Below are positions 1-8,324 of a stretch of DNA of 64,000 nt, one piece after another. The stretch comes from Gammaproteobacteria bacterium (GTDB lineage Bacteria > Pseudomonadota > Gammaproteobacteria > Steroidobacterales > Rariloculaceae), in the NCBI GenBank assembly GCA_036555065.1, contig DATBLZ010000028.1:146-64145 (forward strand), written 5' to 3'. Positions within the stretch are counted from its first letter, which is position 1; every line of letters begins with the position of its first letter. Below the pieces are notes generated by a model. The model worked only from the letters and a program-made list of their open reading frames with translations, was not told where the DNA came from and ran no database searches. Both the position numbers and the translations under genes were made by a program.

Positions 1-14
1 TGGCGCGGCGTCGC

Positions 15-1196
15 TTGCCGCCACTGCGGTCGAATGGCAGAGTCCCGGGACCAAAGGTTTTCCGACGAGTATTCGTGGCGCAGCGCGACCTGTTTGAGCT
101 CCGTGTAGTCGCGTGTCGCGCTCTCATACTGTGCTCGACGTTGTTCGGTGCATGCGCGATACCGCGCGTGCAGGAGCCGCTCGGCGGGACGGAGGTGCCG
201 CGGCTCGAGGCCGATCGCGTGGTTCTAGAGGACGGCGCGGTGCTGCCGCTCGCGCAGTGGCTGCCGGCTAGGGGCAGGCCGCTCGCGACCATCGTAGCGC
301 TCCACGGCATGAACGAATACCGTGCTGCGTTCGCAGACGCGGGCGAGCAACTCGCGGCGAACGATTACGCCGTCTACGCGTACGATCAGCGCGGCTTCGG
401 CGCGACCGAGCAGCAGGGTCTCTGGGCCGGCGGGAACGTGCTCGCGAGCGACGCGCGGCAAGTTGCGCAGCTCGTGCGGGCACGTCATCCGGGCATCCCG
501 CTCTATGTTCTCGGCGAGAGCATGGGCGGAACCGTGCTTCTTCACGCGCTTACGCAGGAGCCGCGCGGGTGGCTCGACGGTGCGGTCCTTCTAGCGCCGG
601 CCGTCTGGAACCGCCGCGACATGCCGTGGTATCAACGCTTCGGGCTCGACTTCCTCGCGCATACCTTCCGCGGGTTGAAGGTGTCGAGGCCGAAGAGTCG
701 CACACCGTCCGACAATTCCGAGACGCTGCGGCGCCTGCGCGACGATCCGCTCGTGATCAAAAAGATGCGCGTCGATGCGCTCTCGGGCATTGCAGACCTC
801 ATGGACGACGTCACCGACACGCGTCGCGACGTCGGCGTGCCGTTGCTGATCCTCTACGGCCAGAACGACGAGATCATACCGGCCCGCCCCTTCTGCCGTT
901 GGGTCACGAGCCTCGATGATGGCGGCCCGTGGCGGCTCGCCGTGTACCCGAATGGCTGGCATCTCCTGCTGCGCGGTCTCGACGCGGCGACGGCGATGTC
1001 GGACTTGACGGCGTGGCTTAAGAATCCCGGCGCCGCTCTGCCATCGGAGTGCGAAGCGGGGAAGCCGCTCGACGAAGCGGCGTGCCTCGCCTTGGTTGCG
1101 TCGGCCGCCCTGAGGCAGTCGCCGCAATGTCCACGCGACCCGGGTTTAGGTGGATCCGCCGGAGCAGCTACCGCGGCGCGAGCAACCGCGGGTTGA
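15..1196 (+). CDS. alpha/beta hydrolase, lysophospholipase/monoacylglycerol-lipase-like; 5' end uncertain (ORF opens at window edge)
   Basis: HGMNEY region, nucleophile elbow GESMGG, C-terminal NGWH; long ORF with GC-rich third positions. Confidence 0.75.
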   Translation: MPPLRSNGRVPGPKVFRRVFVAQRDLFELRVVACRALILCSTLFGACAIPRVQEPLGGTEVPRLEADRVVLEDGAVLPLAQWLPARGRPLATIVALHGMNEYRAAFADAGEQLAANDYAVYAYDQRGFGATEQQGLWAGGNVLASDARQVAQLVRARHPGIPLYVLGESMGGTVLLHALTQEPRGWLDGAVLLAPAVWNRRDMPWYQRFGLDFLAHTFRGLKVSRPKSRTPSDNSETLRRLRDDPLVIKKMRVDALSGIADLMDDVTDTRRDVGVPLLILYGQNDEIIPARPFCRWVTSLDDGGPWRLAVYPNGWHLLLRGLDAATAMSDLTAWLKNPGAALPSECEAGKPLDEAACLALVASAALRQSPQCPRDPGLGGSAGAATAARATAG

Positions 1197-1698
1197 GCTT
1201 GAGCTGCAGGAACAGCACGCCCGTCATCGTGCGGTCCTTGAGCGGCATGTGGCTCACGCTCTCGAGCGACGAGGCGGACATGTAGGTCACGTTGAGGGCG
1301 AGGTTCCGCGTGCCGACCGTGAGCGCGGGAAGAACGCCGGGGAACGGTCGTCCGTGATCGACGTCCTCGCGCGCCATGAGGAACGCGATAGCGCCGACGT
1401 CGACATAAAACGTGTCGCTGATGCTCGGCAGGCGAAAGCGGTGCTTGATGCCGCCGCCGGCCATGTAAGAGGGATTCCCGAGGCTGTCTTTGAATCCGTT
1501 CGCGAGCGCGACTTTGACCCAGCGCTCATCGGTGTCGAATTCCCTTTCGACGCCCAGGCCCCAATTGTGCTCGTTCCATTCTCGGGCTGCGTTCAAGTGT
1601 ATTGCGCGCCCGTTCAGGATCACTCGCCAGTCGTCCTGAGCTTGCGCGTTCGCAGCCGTCGCGACGCTGACGAGCAGCAGCGCGAAGCGTATTCGCAT
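1168..1698 (-). CDS. pagP: PagP-like outer-membrane lipid A palmitoyltransferase family protein
   Basis: Signal peptide ending ANAQA. Blocks align by eye to E. coli PagP: RAIHLNA (catalytic His), NEHNWGLG (vs NERPWGGG), GFKDSL (catalytic Asp-Ser of AFKDSW), PFPGVLPALTVG (vs PLPVLLPLASVG). Confidence 0.65.
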   Translation of the reverse strand: MRIRFALLLVSVATAANAQAQDDWRVILNGRAIHLNAAREWNEHNWGLGVEREFDTDERWVKVALANGFKDSLGNPSYMAGGGIKHRFRLPSISDTFYVDVGAIAFLMAREDVDHGRPFPGVLPALTVGTRNLALNVTYMSASSLESVSHMPLKDRTMTGVLFLQLKLNPRLLAPR

Positions 1699-1784
1699 GC
1701 CGGAAAAGAAGCAACCGGCATGCCAGCCTTATAATTCAATGAGTTACGTACGGAAGCTTGGGCGAGTTGTAAAGGCCGCCGACA

Positions 1785-3374
1785 CTATTGATAGCAGAGG
1801 ATCGTGCCCGTGAAGCTCTGCGCCCGCTCGGCGATGTCGGCAACCGAAAGCTGCGGAGCGTTGCCCGGAGCCACCCCATAGCGCACGTTGTTCGTGTCGA
1901 GGAATGAGCGCGCGAGCGAGTCACGAATGGCGAAGTTGACGTTCTGCGCGACGGCGCCGCGCTCGCGGCGGAAGTACTCGTCGTTCGCGGTTTCCACGAC
2001 CACACCGACGATTTCCCCCCCACGATCCATGACCGGGCCGCCACTGTTTCCGGGTTGAATCTGCGCCGTCATCTGCATGCGGCTCAAATCGTCGTCGAGC
2101 CCGCTGAGCGCGCTGACGATTCCGTTGGTCAAGTTACCTTGCGAGGACAGGTCGCCGAGCAGCGGGAAACCGTACACGACGACCTCGTCGCCGAGCCGCA
2201 CGCCGTTGCCGCCGCGAAATTGAGCCGGTGCCGCGACCGTCAGCGTCGTCTTGAGCAGTGCGAGATCGGTCGTTTCGTTGGTCGCGAGCAACTCCGCTTC
2301 GACGGCCAGCTCGCCGCGCAGCTGGAACGTCTGCCGGTTGCATTCGTGAATGACGTGGTCGTTCGTGAGCACGTGCCCCGTGCCGCTCACTAGAAAGCCC
2401 GTGCCCGACGCGACGAGCTGCGTGCCGTCGCCCGGCGGCGGGCCGCCGCCCGGCGCGACGACGGCGGCGCCCAAGGCGTCGTCGCCGCGCTCGGTGACGA
2501 TGAGGTTCACCGTTTGGTCGGGCTCGGTCGCTTCGTAAGTACCGACCCAGATGCGGTAATAGCCGTCGACCGGGGCGTCGAGCACGACGCCGGGATCGTG
2601 CCCCGTGGCCGAAGAGTAGTCGTCGTTGCAATACCAGCGACCGTTCGGGTCTTCGACGATGAGCGTCGAATCTTCGTCGCCTTGGGCAAACATGCTGAGG
2701 CTATAACGGCCTGCTCCCGAATAGACGACGCCGTAATCGGGTCGCGCCGCGTTCAAATAGCCGACGCAGCCGGAAGCCAAAGTCGCTGCGGCATCGGGTC
2801 CGCCGGCGACGATCTCGACGACGTGCGGATCGGGGCTGAAGTTCGCGGTGAGATCGACCGCTCCGTAGAGCGGATCCCACGGCGCGCTCGTTTCCGTGAT
2901 TACGAGATCGACTTCCTCGCCCGTGCCGTCCTCCTCGTACGAGCCGACCCAGATGTCGTATGTTCCGCCGGCCGGGTTCCGAAACACGACGCCGGGATTG
3001 ACTCCGCCGCGGCCGCCGAAGTCGTCGTTGCAGACCCAGTTTCCGGATGGATCGTTGATGACGAGCGTCGTATCGATATCGCCTACGACATAGATGCCGA
3101 GCGCGTATGTTCCGCTCGTATAGTTGAGCTCGAAGTCCGCGCGCTCGTTGCTGATGTAGCCGGCGCAGCCGGACCCGAGGCTCGTCGCGGAGTTGCCGCC
3201 GCCGGCTTGGACGGTCACGACATGCGGGTCGGGTCGGAAATCGGCGGCGAGGTTGACGACGCCGTAGCGCGCGGATGCGCCGAGGTCTTGGGCTGCCGCG
3301 CGATCGAGCGCGCCGAGCGCGGCCGCGACGGCACACGCGGCCGCCAGGGAGCGACAGATCACCACGGTTCGCAT
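1785..3374 (-). CDS. secreted S1C (HtrA/trypsin-like) serine protease with two tandem N-terminal PPC-like domains
   Basis: Signal peptide MRTVVICRSLAAACAVAAALGALDRAAAQ; catalytic triad contexts TNDHVI, TDLALLK, GNSGGPV; start chosen at internal Met (3374) preceding the signal peptide. Confidence 0.85.
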   Translation of the reverse strand: MRTVVICRSLAAACAVAAALGALDRAAAQDLGASARYGVVNLAADFRPDPHVVTVQAGGGNSATSLGSGCAGYISNERADFELNYTSGTYALGIYVVGDIDTTLVINDPSGNWVCNDDFGGRGGVNPGVVFRNPAGGTYDIWVGSYEEDGTGEEVDLVITETSAPWDPLYGAVDLTANFSPDPHVVEIVAGGPDAAATLASGCVGYLNAARPDYGVVYSGAGRYSLSMFAQGDEDSTLIVEDPNGRWYCNDDYSSATGHDPGVVLDAPVDGYYRIWVGTYEATEPDQTVNLIVTERGDDALGAAVVAPGGGPPPGDGTQLVASGTGFLVSGTGHVLTNDHVIHECNRQTFQLRGELAVEAELLATNETTDLALLKTTLTVAAPAQFRGGNGVRLGDEVVVYGFPLLGDLSSQGNLTNGIVSALSGLDDDLSRMQMTAQIQPGNSGGPVMDRGGEIVGVVVETANDEYFRRERGAVAQNVNFAIRDSLARSFLDTNNVRYGVAPGNAPQLSVADIAERAQSFTGTILCYQ

Positions 3375-3557
3375 GCGGCTATCTTCGCGCATCGGAGCCT
3401 CCGAAATTGTGCGGCAACGCAAGAAAATAACAAGTTCGCATCGATTACGTCACTGTTTGGGGCGTGTCATCGCGAGGCGGCGCAAGCGACCTCCGTCCAC
3501 CTTGTTTTCGTTGGTTTAGCCCCCAGCATGTGTGTTCGCCGCAAACGACGTAGTGAT

Positions 3558-3563
3558 TATAAT
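3558..3563 (+). promoter_or_regulatory. possible -10 hexamer (TATAAT) upstream of the pirin gene
   Basis: Perfect TATAAT 13 nt upstream of ATG 3576 in an AT-richer intergenic stretch; -35 partner weak (TTCGCC). Confidence 0.25.
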
Positions 3564-3575
3564 CGAGCCCAACCG

Positions 3576-4424
3576 ATGAGCACCAAGCCCAAAGCACGAG
3601 AAGTCATACGCAAGTTGCGCGGTCAACCGACGAGCGACGGCGCCGGCGTCCGGATGACGCGCGTCATCGGCACGCCACAGCTCGATCATTTCGATCCCTT
3701 CCTGCTGCTCGATGAGTTCCGGTCCGACGACCCCAACGACTACATCGCGGGATTCCCCGATCATCCCCATCGCGGCTTTGAGACGGTCACGTATATGTTG
3801 GCCGGCCGCATGAAGCACGGCGACAACCAGGGCAACACGGGCTTGCTCGGCCCGGGCAGCGTGCAGTGGATGACGGCCGGCCGCGGCATCGTGCATTCGG
3901 AGTTCCCGCAGCAGGTCGAAGGGCTCATGTGGGGTTTCCAGCTCTGGGTCAATCTACCGGCCAGCGACAAGATGACGGCGCCGCGCTATCAAGACATTCA
4001 AGCGGACCAGGTTCCGGAGACGACGCTCGCGCCGGGAGTGCGTGCGCGCGTGCTCACCGGCGAGCTCGGCGGTGTTGCAGGCCCGGTCACGGGCGTTGCG
4101 ACCGAGCCGATCTACTACGATCTCCACGTCGATAAGGGACGTGATTACGACGTGCCCTTGCCGAGCGGCCACAACGCATTCATCTATATATACGCGGGTA
4201 ACGCCACCGTCGGTGCGACCGCGACGGCGCTCGAGCGCGGCGAGATTGCCTTGCTGAGCCATGGCGACTCGGTCCGCATCGTCGCGGACAAGGACGACTG
4301 CCGCTTGATTCTGGTCGCGGCGCGGCCGCTCAACGAGCCGATCGCGCGCTACGGCCCGTTCGTCATGAACACGCGCGAGGAGATCTATCAGGCGTTCGAG
4401 GACTTTCGCGCCGGGCGCTTATAA
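3576..4424 (+). CDS. pirin family protein (quercetin 2,3-dioxygenase-like cupin)
   Basis: PDHPHRGFETVTYML, QWMTAGRGIVHSEFP cupin metal motifs. The track ORF 2514..4424 is an artefactual 5' extension antisense to the protease gene. Confidence 0.9.
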   Translation: MSTKPKAREVIRKLRGQPTSDGAGVRMTRVIGTPQLDHFDPFLLLDEFRSDDPNDYIAGFPDHPHRGFETVTYMLAGRMKHGDNQGNTGLLGPGSVQWMTAGRGIVHSEFPQQVEGLMWGFQLWVNLPASDKMTAPRYQDIQADQVPETTLAPGVRARVLTGELGGVAGPVTGVATEPIYYDLHVDKGRDYDVPLPSGHNAFIYIYAGNATVGATATALERGEIALLSHGDSVRIVADKDDCRLILVAARPLNEPIARYGPFVMNTREEIYQAFEDFRAGRL

Positions 4425-5396
4425 CCGCGCGCGGTCGTGCGGCGTGCCGTAGTCGATCGCCGGGCCGATCGGCACGATGAGATGCGGATTGATCGTCTTG
4501 TGGCTGCCATAGTAATGCCGCTTGATGAGCTCGATATCGACGGTCGCGCTGATGCCGGGCTGCTGATACAGATCGCATACGTAACCCCACAAGCTCGGAT
4601 AGTCGACGATGCGGCGCCGGTTGCATTTGAAATGGCCGAAATAGACGGGATCGAAACGCACGAGCGTCGTAAAGAAGCGCCAATCGGCCTCGGTGATCGC
4701 AGCTCCCGTGAGATAGCGGCGCTTCGCTAGCCGTTCCTCGAGCGTATCGAGCGCGGCGAAAAGTGCTGTCGCGGCCTCTTCGTAGGCGGCTTGAGTCGTT
4801 GCGAATCCCGCGCGGTAGACGCCGTTATTTACGTTCGCGTAAATGTAATCGTTTAGCTCGTCGATCTCGGCGCGCAGGGGTTGCGGGTAGTAGTCGGGAC
4901 CCGTTGCGCCGACCTCATCGAACGCACTGTTGAACATGCGGATGATTTCCTTCGATTCGTTCGAGACGATCGTGCGGCGCTCCTTGTCCCAGAGCACGGG
5001 CACGGTTGCGCGGCCGCTGTAATGCGGATCGGCGGCAAGGTAAATCTCGTAAAGGCGCTTCGCGTTGTGGATCGGGTCCGGGATAACGCCGGGCCCCGGA
5101 TCGAAAGTCCACCCCTCGGGCCCCATGAAGGAGTTCACGGCCGAGATCGGGATCAGCTCCTCAAGTCCCTTGAGCTTGCGAAAGATGAGCGTCCGGTGCG
5201 CCCACGGACAGGCGCGCGACACGTATAAGTGATAGCGACCTGCCGCGGCTCGGAATCCGGGTTTCCCGGTCGGGCCGGCGCTGCCGTCGCGCGTTATCCA
5301 GTTGCGGAACTGCGATTCGCTGCGCACGAATCGTCCTTGCGACACGCGCGTGTCGTACCAAACGTCCTGCCATTTGCCGTCGACGAGTATTCCCAT
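4419..5396 (-). CDS. yqjG: glutathionyl-hydroquinone reductase (Xi-class GST, YqjG family)
   Basis: Active-site CPWAHR, RYHLYVSRACPWAHRTLI, PVLWDK; start at MGILVDGKW. Confidence 0.9.
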   Translation of the reverse strand: MGILVDGKWQDVWYDTRVSQGRFVRSESQFRNWITRDGSAGPTGKPGFRAAAGRYHLYVSRACPWAHRTLIFRKLKGLEELIPISAVNSFMGPEGWTFDPGPGVIPDPIHNAKRLYEIYLAADPHYSGRATVPVLWDKERRTIVSNESKEIIRMFNSAFDEVGATGPDYYPQPLRAEIDELNDYIYANVNNGVYRAGFATTQAAYEEAATALFAALDTLEERLAKRRYLTGAAITEADWRFFTTLVRFDPVYFGHFKCNRRRIVDYPSLWGYVCDLYQQPGISATVDIELIKRHYYGSHKTINPHLIVPIGPAIDYGTPHDRARL

Positions 5397-5502
5397 CGCG
5401 CATACCTTGAGTGAGCGCGCGCCGAGCGTCAATCGCGACGCGCTCGTAGCCGTACCACAACGCGTTGTTACCGTGGTACTGTCCGCGGGAAAGGACGAGC
5501 CG

Positions 5503-6549
5503 ATGCAAACGCCCACTCTCGATCTAACCCGCATCTTCCTCGTTATTTTGATCCTCGTCGCGCTGATCGCCGGCAGCCTCTGGGTTCTGTTCCCCTTTTT
5601 GAGCGCGCTGATATGGGCGACGATGATCGTCGTCGCGACGTGGCCGCTGCTCGTGCGCGTCGAGCGCGTAACGGGCGGCCGCCGAATCGTGGCCACAGCG
5701 TTCATGACGCTCGTAATGCTCGCGATCTTCATCGTGCCCTTCGGCGTGGCGGTCGCGGTGCTGCTCAACGGCGCGATCGAAGGCGTCGACATGATCAGGA
5801 CGGCGACGACGCAGGGGATGCCCCCGCCGCCGGCCTGGCTAGCGGCGATCCCCTGGGCGGGACCGCGGCTCGCGGCGGAGTGGCAAGCGGTCGCGGCGGG
5901 CGGGCCCGAAGGCGTTGTCGAGCTCCTCCAGCCCTATGCGCTCGCGACGGCGAGCTTTGCGCTCAGAGCGACAGGTGGAATCGGGCTCGTCGTCATCCAC
6001 TTCGGGCTTACGGTAATCATTGCCGCGATTCTCTACGCGAACGCCGAGCCGGCCGCGCGCGGTGTCATCCTCTTTGCCCGGCGCATCGGCCAGGAGCGCG
6101 GCGAGCATGCAGTTCGTCTCGCGGGCCAGGCCGTGCGTGGCGTTGCGCTCGGCGTGGTCGTGACGGCGCTCGTGCAGTCGTTGATCTCGGGGCTCGGCTT
6201 GTGGATCGCCGGCGTGCCGCGCGCGGGCCTATTGCTTGCGGTCATCTTCGTGCTGTGCATCGCGCAGCTCGGGCCCTTGCTCGTGCTCGTTCCCGCCGTC
6301 ATCTGGCTCTTCTGGTCGGGCAGCATCTTCTGGGGCGGTGTGCTCGCCGTGCTCACGGCGATCGTCGGCGTCGTCGACAACATCCTCAAGCCGCTGTTGA
6401 TCAAGCGCGGCGTGGATCTGCCCCTGTTGCTGATCGTCGCGGGCGTGATCGGCGGCCTCGTCGGCTTCGGCGTCGTCGGTCTCTTTATCGGGCCCGTGAT
6501 TCTGGCCGTCACCTACACTTTGCTCGAGACTTGGGTCAAGGAAGGCTGA
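5503..6549 (+). CDS. AI-2E family transporter (PerM/YdiK-like permease)
   Basis: Multi-TM protein with typical family N-terminus (LFPFLSALIWATMIVVATWPL) and C-terminal GLFIGPVILAV; GGAAAGGACGAG upstream of ATG. Confidence 0.85.
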   Translation: MQTPTLDLTRIFLVILILVALIAGSLWVLFPFLSALIWATMIVVATWPLLVRVERVTGGRRIVATAFMTLVMLAIFIVPFGVAVAVLLNGAIEGVDMIRTATTQGMPPPPAWLAAIPWAGPRLAAEWQAVAAGGPEGVVELLQPYALATASFALRATGGIGLVVIHFGLTVIIAAILYANAEPAARGVILFARRIGQERGEHAVRLAGQAVRGVALGVVVTALVQSLISGLGLWIAGVPRAGLLLAVIFVLCIAQLGPLLVLVPAVIWLFWSGSIFWGGVLAVLTAIVGVVDNILKPLLIKRGVDLPLLLIVAGVIGGLVGFGVVGLFIGPVILAVTYTLLETWVKEG

Positions 6550-6550
6550 G

Positions 6551-7861
6551 TCAGCTGAGCGGAATCTCGAGGCGCTGTGCGTGCCGGATCCGCTCCGCCT
6601 GCTCTACCGAGACGCGCGCGCGCGCGGCAAACTTCGGCCACTGCGCGACCGCGTCGCGCACTTCGGCGAGAATCGACTCCGCGCGGCCGCGCTTTAACGC
6701 AATCGCGCGTGCGCATGCCTTGAAGTCCTCGAGCGTGAACGCATCGCGCTTGCCGTTCACGCTCATCTGATGCACGGCCGTCCATAGGCCTTCGGGGTTG
6801 TAGCTATAGGTAACGTCGAACGCGGGCGCGAGTGACCACCGGCCCTGCTTGTCCATGAGAAATGCGATGTTCTTGACGTGGTCGTCCTGGTTCCGCGCGA
6901 CGATGTTGAACGTCATGCGCCGATACTGCTGCTCGAGCTCCATCATCGGCAGGCCGAGCTTGCGCATGACGGCGAAGGCCTGCTCGTAGGAATTGGCGCC
7001 TGCGCTGTTGTAGTCGTAGTGCCCGAGCGCGCCCAACGACTGCATATGGATCTTGCCGCCGCCGTCCGTGCGATCGAAGCGTTTCGCCATGAAATGGCGC
7101 CGGCCGTTCTCCTCGAGCAGCCGGCACGGGCTCATCGTGATGCCGGCCGCCTCGGCCATGCCGTGGTATGCATACTCGATCGCTCCGTAGCCCGCGGGGT
7201 CCTCGAGCTCTTTATCGCGGTTGCCGCGAACACCGTCGAATTTGAGGAGCCAGTGCTCGAAGCCCGTGCCGGCCTCGACCTGCCCCGACCGCACCTCGTT
7301 CGTATGCGGATTCCAGGCGATGACGGCTTTCGCGCGCGCGCCGCCGGCCGACGTTCCGACTTGGAGAATTCGCGTCAGCGACGCCCGCTCGGCCGTTGCG
7401 GCGAGAGAGCCGTGCAAATCGCTTTGGCGCGCGAGCACGCGGCTCGCAAGCTCGACGAGCGCAGCAACCTCGATTCGGTCCGACTCGTCGGGCTCGGGGC
7501 CGGTCGCGGGCTCGAACTCGAGCGCACCCATGCCGCGCGTTCCCGTATAGCAGAGCCGCTCGACGGCGTTGAAGCTCGCAGGCGAGCGGCCTTGCGCGGC
7601 GAGCCACGCGTCGATGAGCGCGTTGCCGAACTTGTCGGGCAGCGAGTCGGCTAGCAGGCCGGGCAGGCCGCGGAAAGTCACGCGCGGCAACTCGGGAAAC
7701 ACGTAAACGCGATTCGCGAGCGGCATGACGATCGGCGCGATCTCGATCCCGCTCGCTGCGAATTCCGGCTGATACTGGAAAGCCGCGTAATCGCGATCAT
7801 CCTGCTGTGAAACTGCGCCGATGTGGCGGCCCCAAAGTTTGACGGCCGCGACGGTCGTCAT
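6551..7861 (-). CDS. hipA: type II toxin HipA family serine/threonine kinase
   Basis: GTSAGGARAKA P-loop-like motif; catalytic loop NQDDHVKNIAFL; LAPAFDV; ATGA overlap with upstream HTH gene. Confidence 0.9.
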   Translation of the reverse strand: MTTVAAVKLWGRHIGAVSQQDDRDYAAFQYQPEFAASGIEIAPIVMPLANRVYVFPELPRVTFRGLPGLLADSLPDKFGNALIDAWLAAQGRSPASFNAVERLCYTGTRGMGALEFEPATGPEPDESDRIEVAALVELASRVLARQSDLHGSLAATAERASLTRILQVGTSAGGARAKAVIAWNPHTNEVRSGQVEAGTGFEHWLLKFDGVRGNRDKELEDPAGYGAIEYAYHGMAEAAGITMSPCRLLEENGRRHFMAKRFDRTDGGGKIHMQSLGALGHYDYNSAGANSYEQAFAVMRKLGLPMMELEQQYRRMTFNIVARNQDDHVKNIAFLMDKQGRWSLAPAFDVTYSYNPEGLWTAVHQMSVNGKRDAFTLEDFKACARAIALKRGRAESILAEVRDAVAQWPKFAARARVSVEQAERIRHAQRLEIPLS

Positions 7862-8205
7862 GCGTCGTCATCCCAGCGCCACGGCCCGGGCGTTCTGTGC
7901 TTCGCTCGCCGCGAAGCGCGTTCGCGTTGGCGACCGCGGAGCTCGAGCTCTGCGATGGGGCTCGGCGGCGTCTCGGGAACGAGGAGATCGAAGTTCGCGG
8001 CGAGGCCGAGGGCGCGGACGACGCGAACGAGATTCGCGAGCTGGGAAGACTGTCCTGCCTCGAGCCGCTCGAGCGTGCGCTTGGCCACGCCGGCTTCGGC
8101 CGCAAGCTCTGCCTGCGTCAGGTTGCGCTCGAGGCGCGCCTGGGCGAGGCGTTTGCCGAGCTCACCGAGGATTACGGTGTCTGCGTGTTGGGTCGTGAGC
8201 TTCAT
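7858..8205 (-). CDS. hipB: XRE-family HTH antitoxin HipB
   Basis: HTH LTQAELAAEAGVAKRTLERLE; 4-nt ATGA overlap with hipA; palindromic operators immediately upstream. Confidence 0.85.
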   Translation of the reverse strand: MKLTTQHADTVILGELGKRLAQARLERNLTQAELAAEAGVAKRTLERLEAGQSSQLANLVRVVRALGLAANFDLLVPETPPSPIAELELRGRQRERASRRAKHRTPGPWRWDDDA

Positions 8206-8207
8206 TT

Positions 8208-8225
8208 ATCGCCAAATATGGCGAT
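8208..8225. promoter_or_regulatory. candidate HipB operator 1 (ATCGCCAAATATGGCGAT)
   Basis: 18-nt near-perfect palindrome (8 of 9 pairs) starting 3 nt upstream of the hipB start codon. Confidence 0.5.
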
Positions 8226-8244
8226 TAAATATCCCTTAGTCAAA

Positions 8245-8268
8245 TATATCGTCAAAAACGACGATATA
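8245..8268. promoter_or_regulatory. candidate HipB operator 2 (TATATCGTC-N6-GACGATATA)
   Basis: Perfect 9-bp inverted arms with 6-nt spacer; shares the ATCG(Y)C-N6-G(R)CGAT core with operator 1. Confidence 0.5.
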
Positions 8269-8324
8269 AGTCGCCCCGCCCTTTGATGCGACGCCCGTGG
8301 CGAAATCCGGCATAGTGGCTCGCC

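Noticed and set aside
2514-3575. N-terminal 354 residues of track ORF 2514..4424, and analogous 5' extensions of ORFs 4419..5792, 17199..18464, 20578..21795, 21585..22769, 23975..24841, 25821..26669, 26410..27348, 28732..29655, 29951..30550, 30402..32501, 36711..37973, 51093..52145 and 55163..56125
   Set aside because: The extensions overlap neighbouring well-supported genes and are low-complexity. Internal starts give products that begin at the conserved N-terminus of the family, often with a signal peptide, a Shine-Dalgarno sequence or an ATGA/GTGA overlap with the upstream stop.
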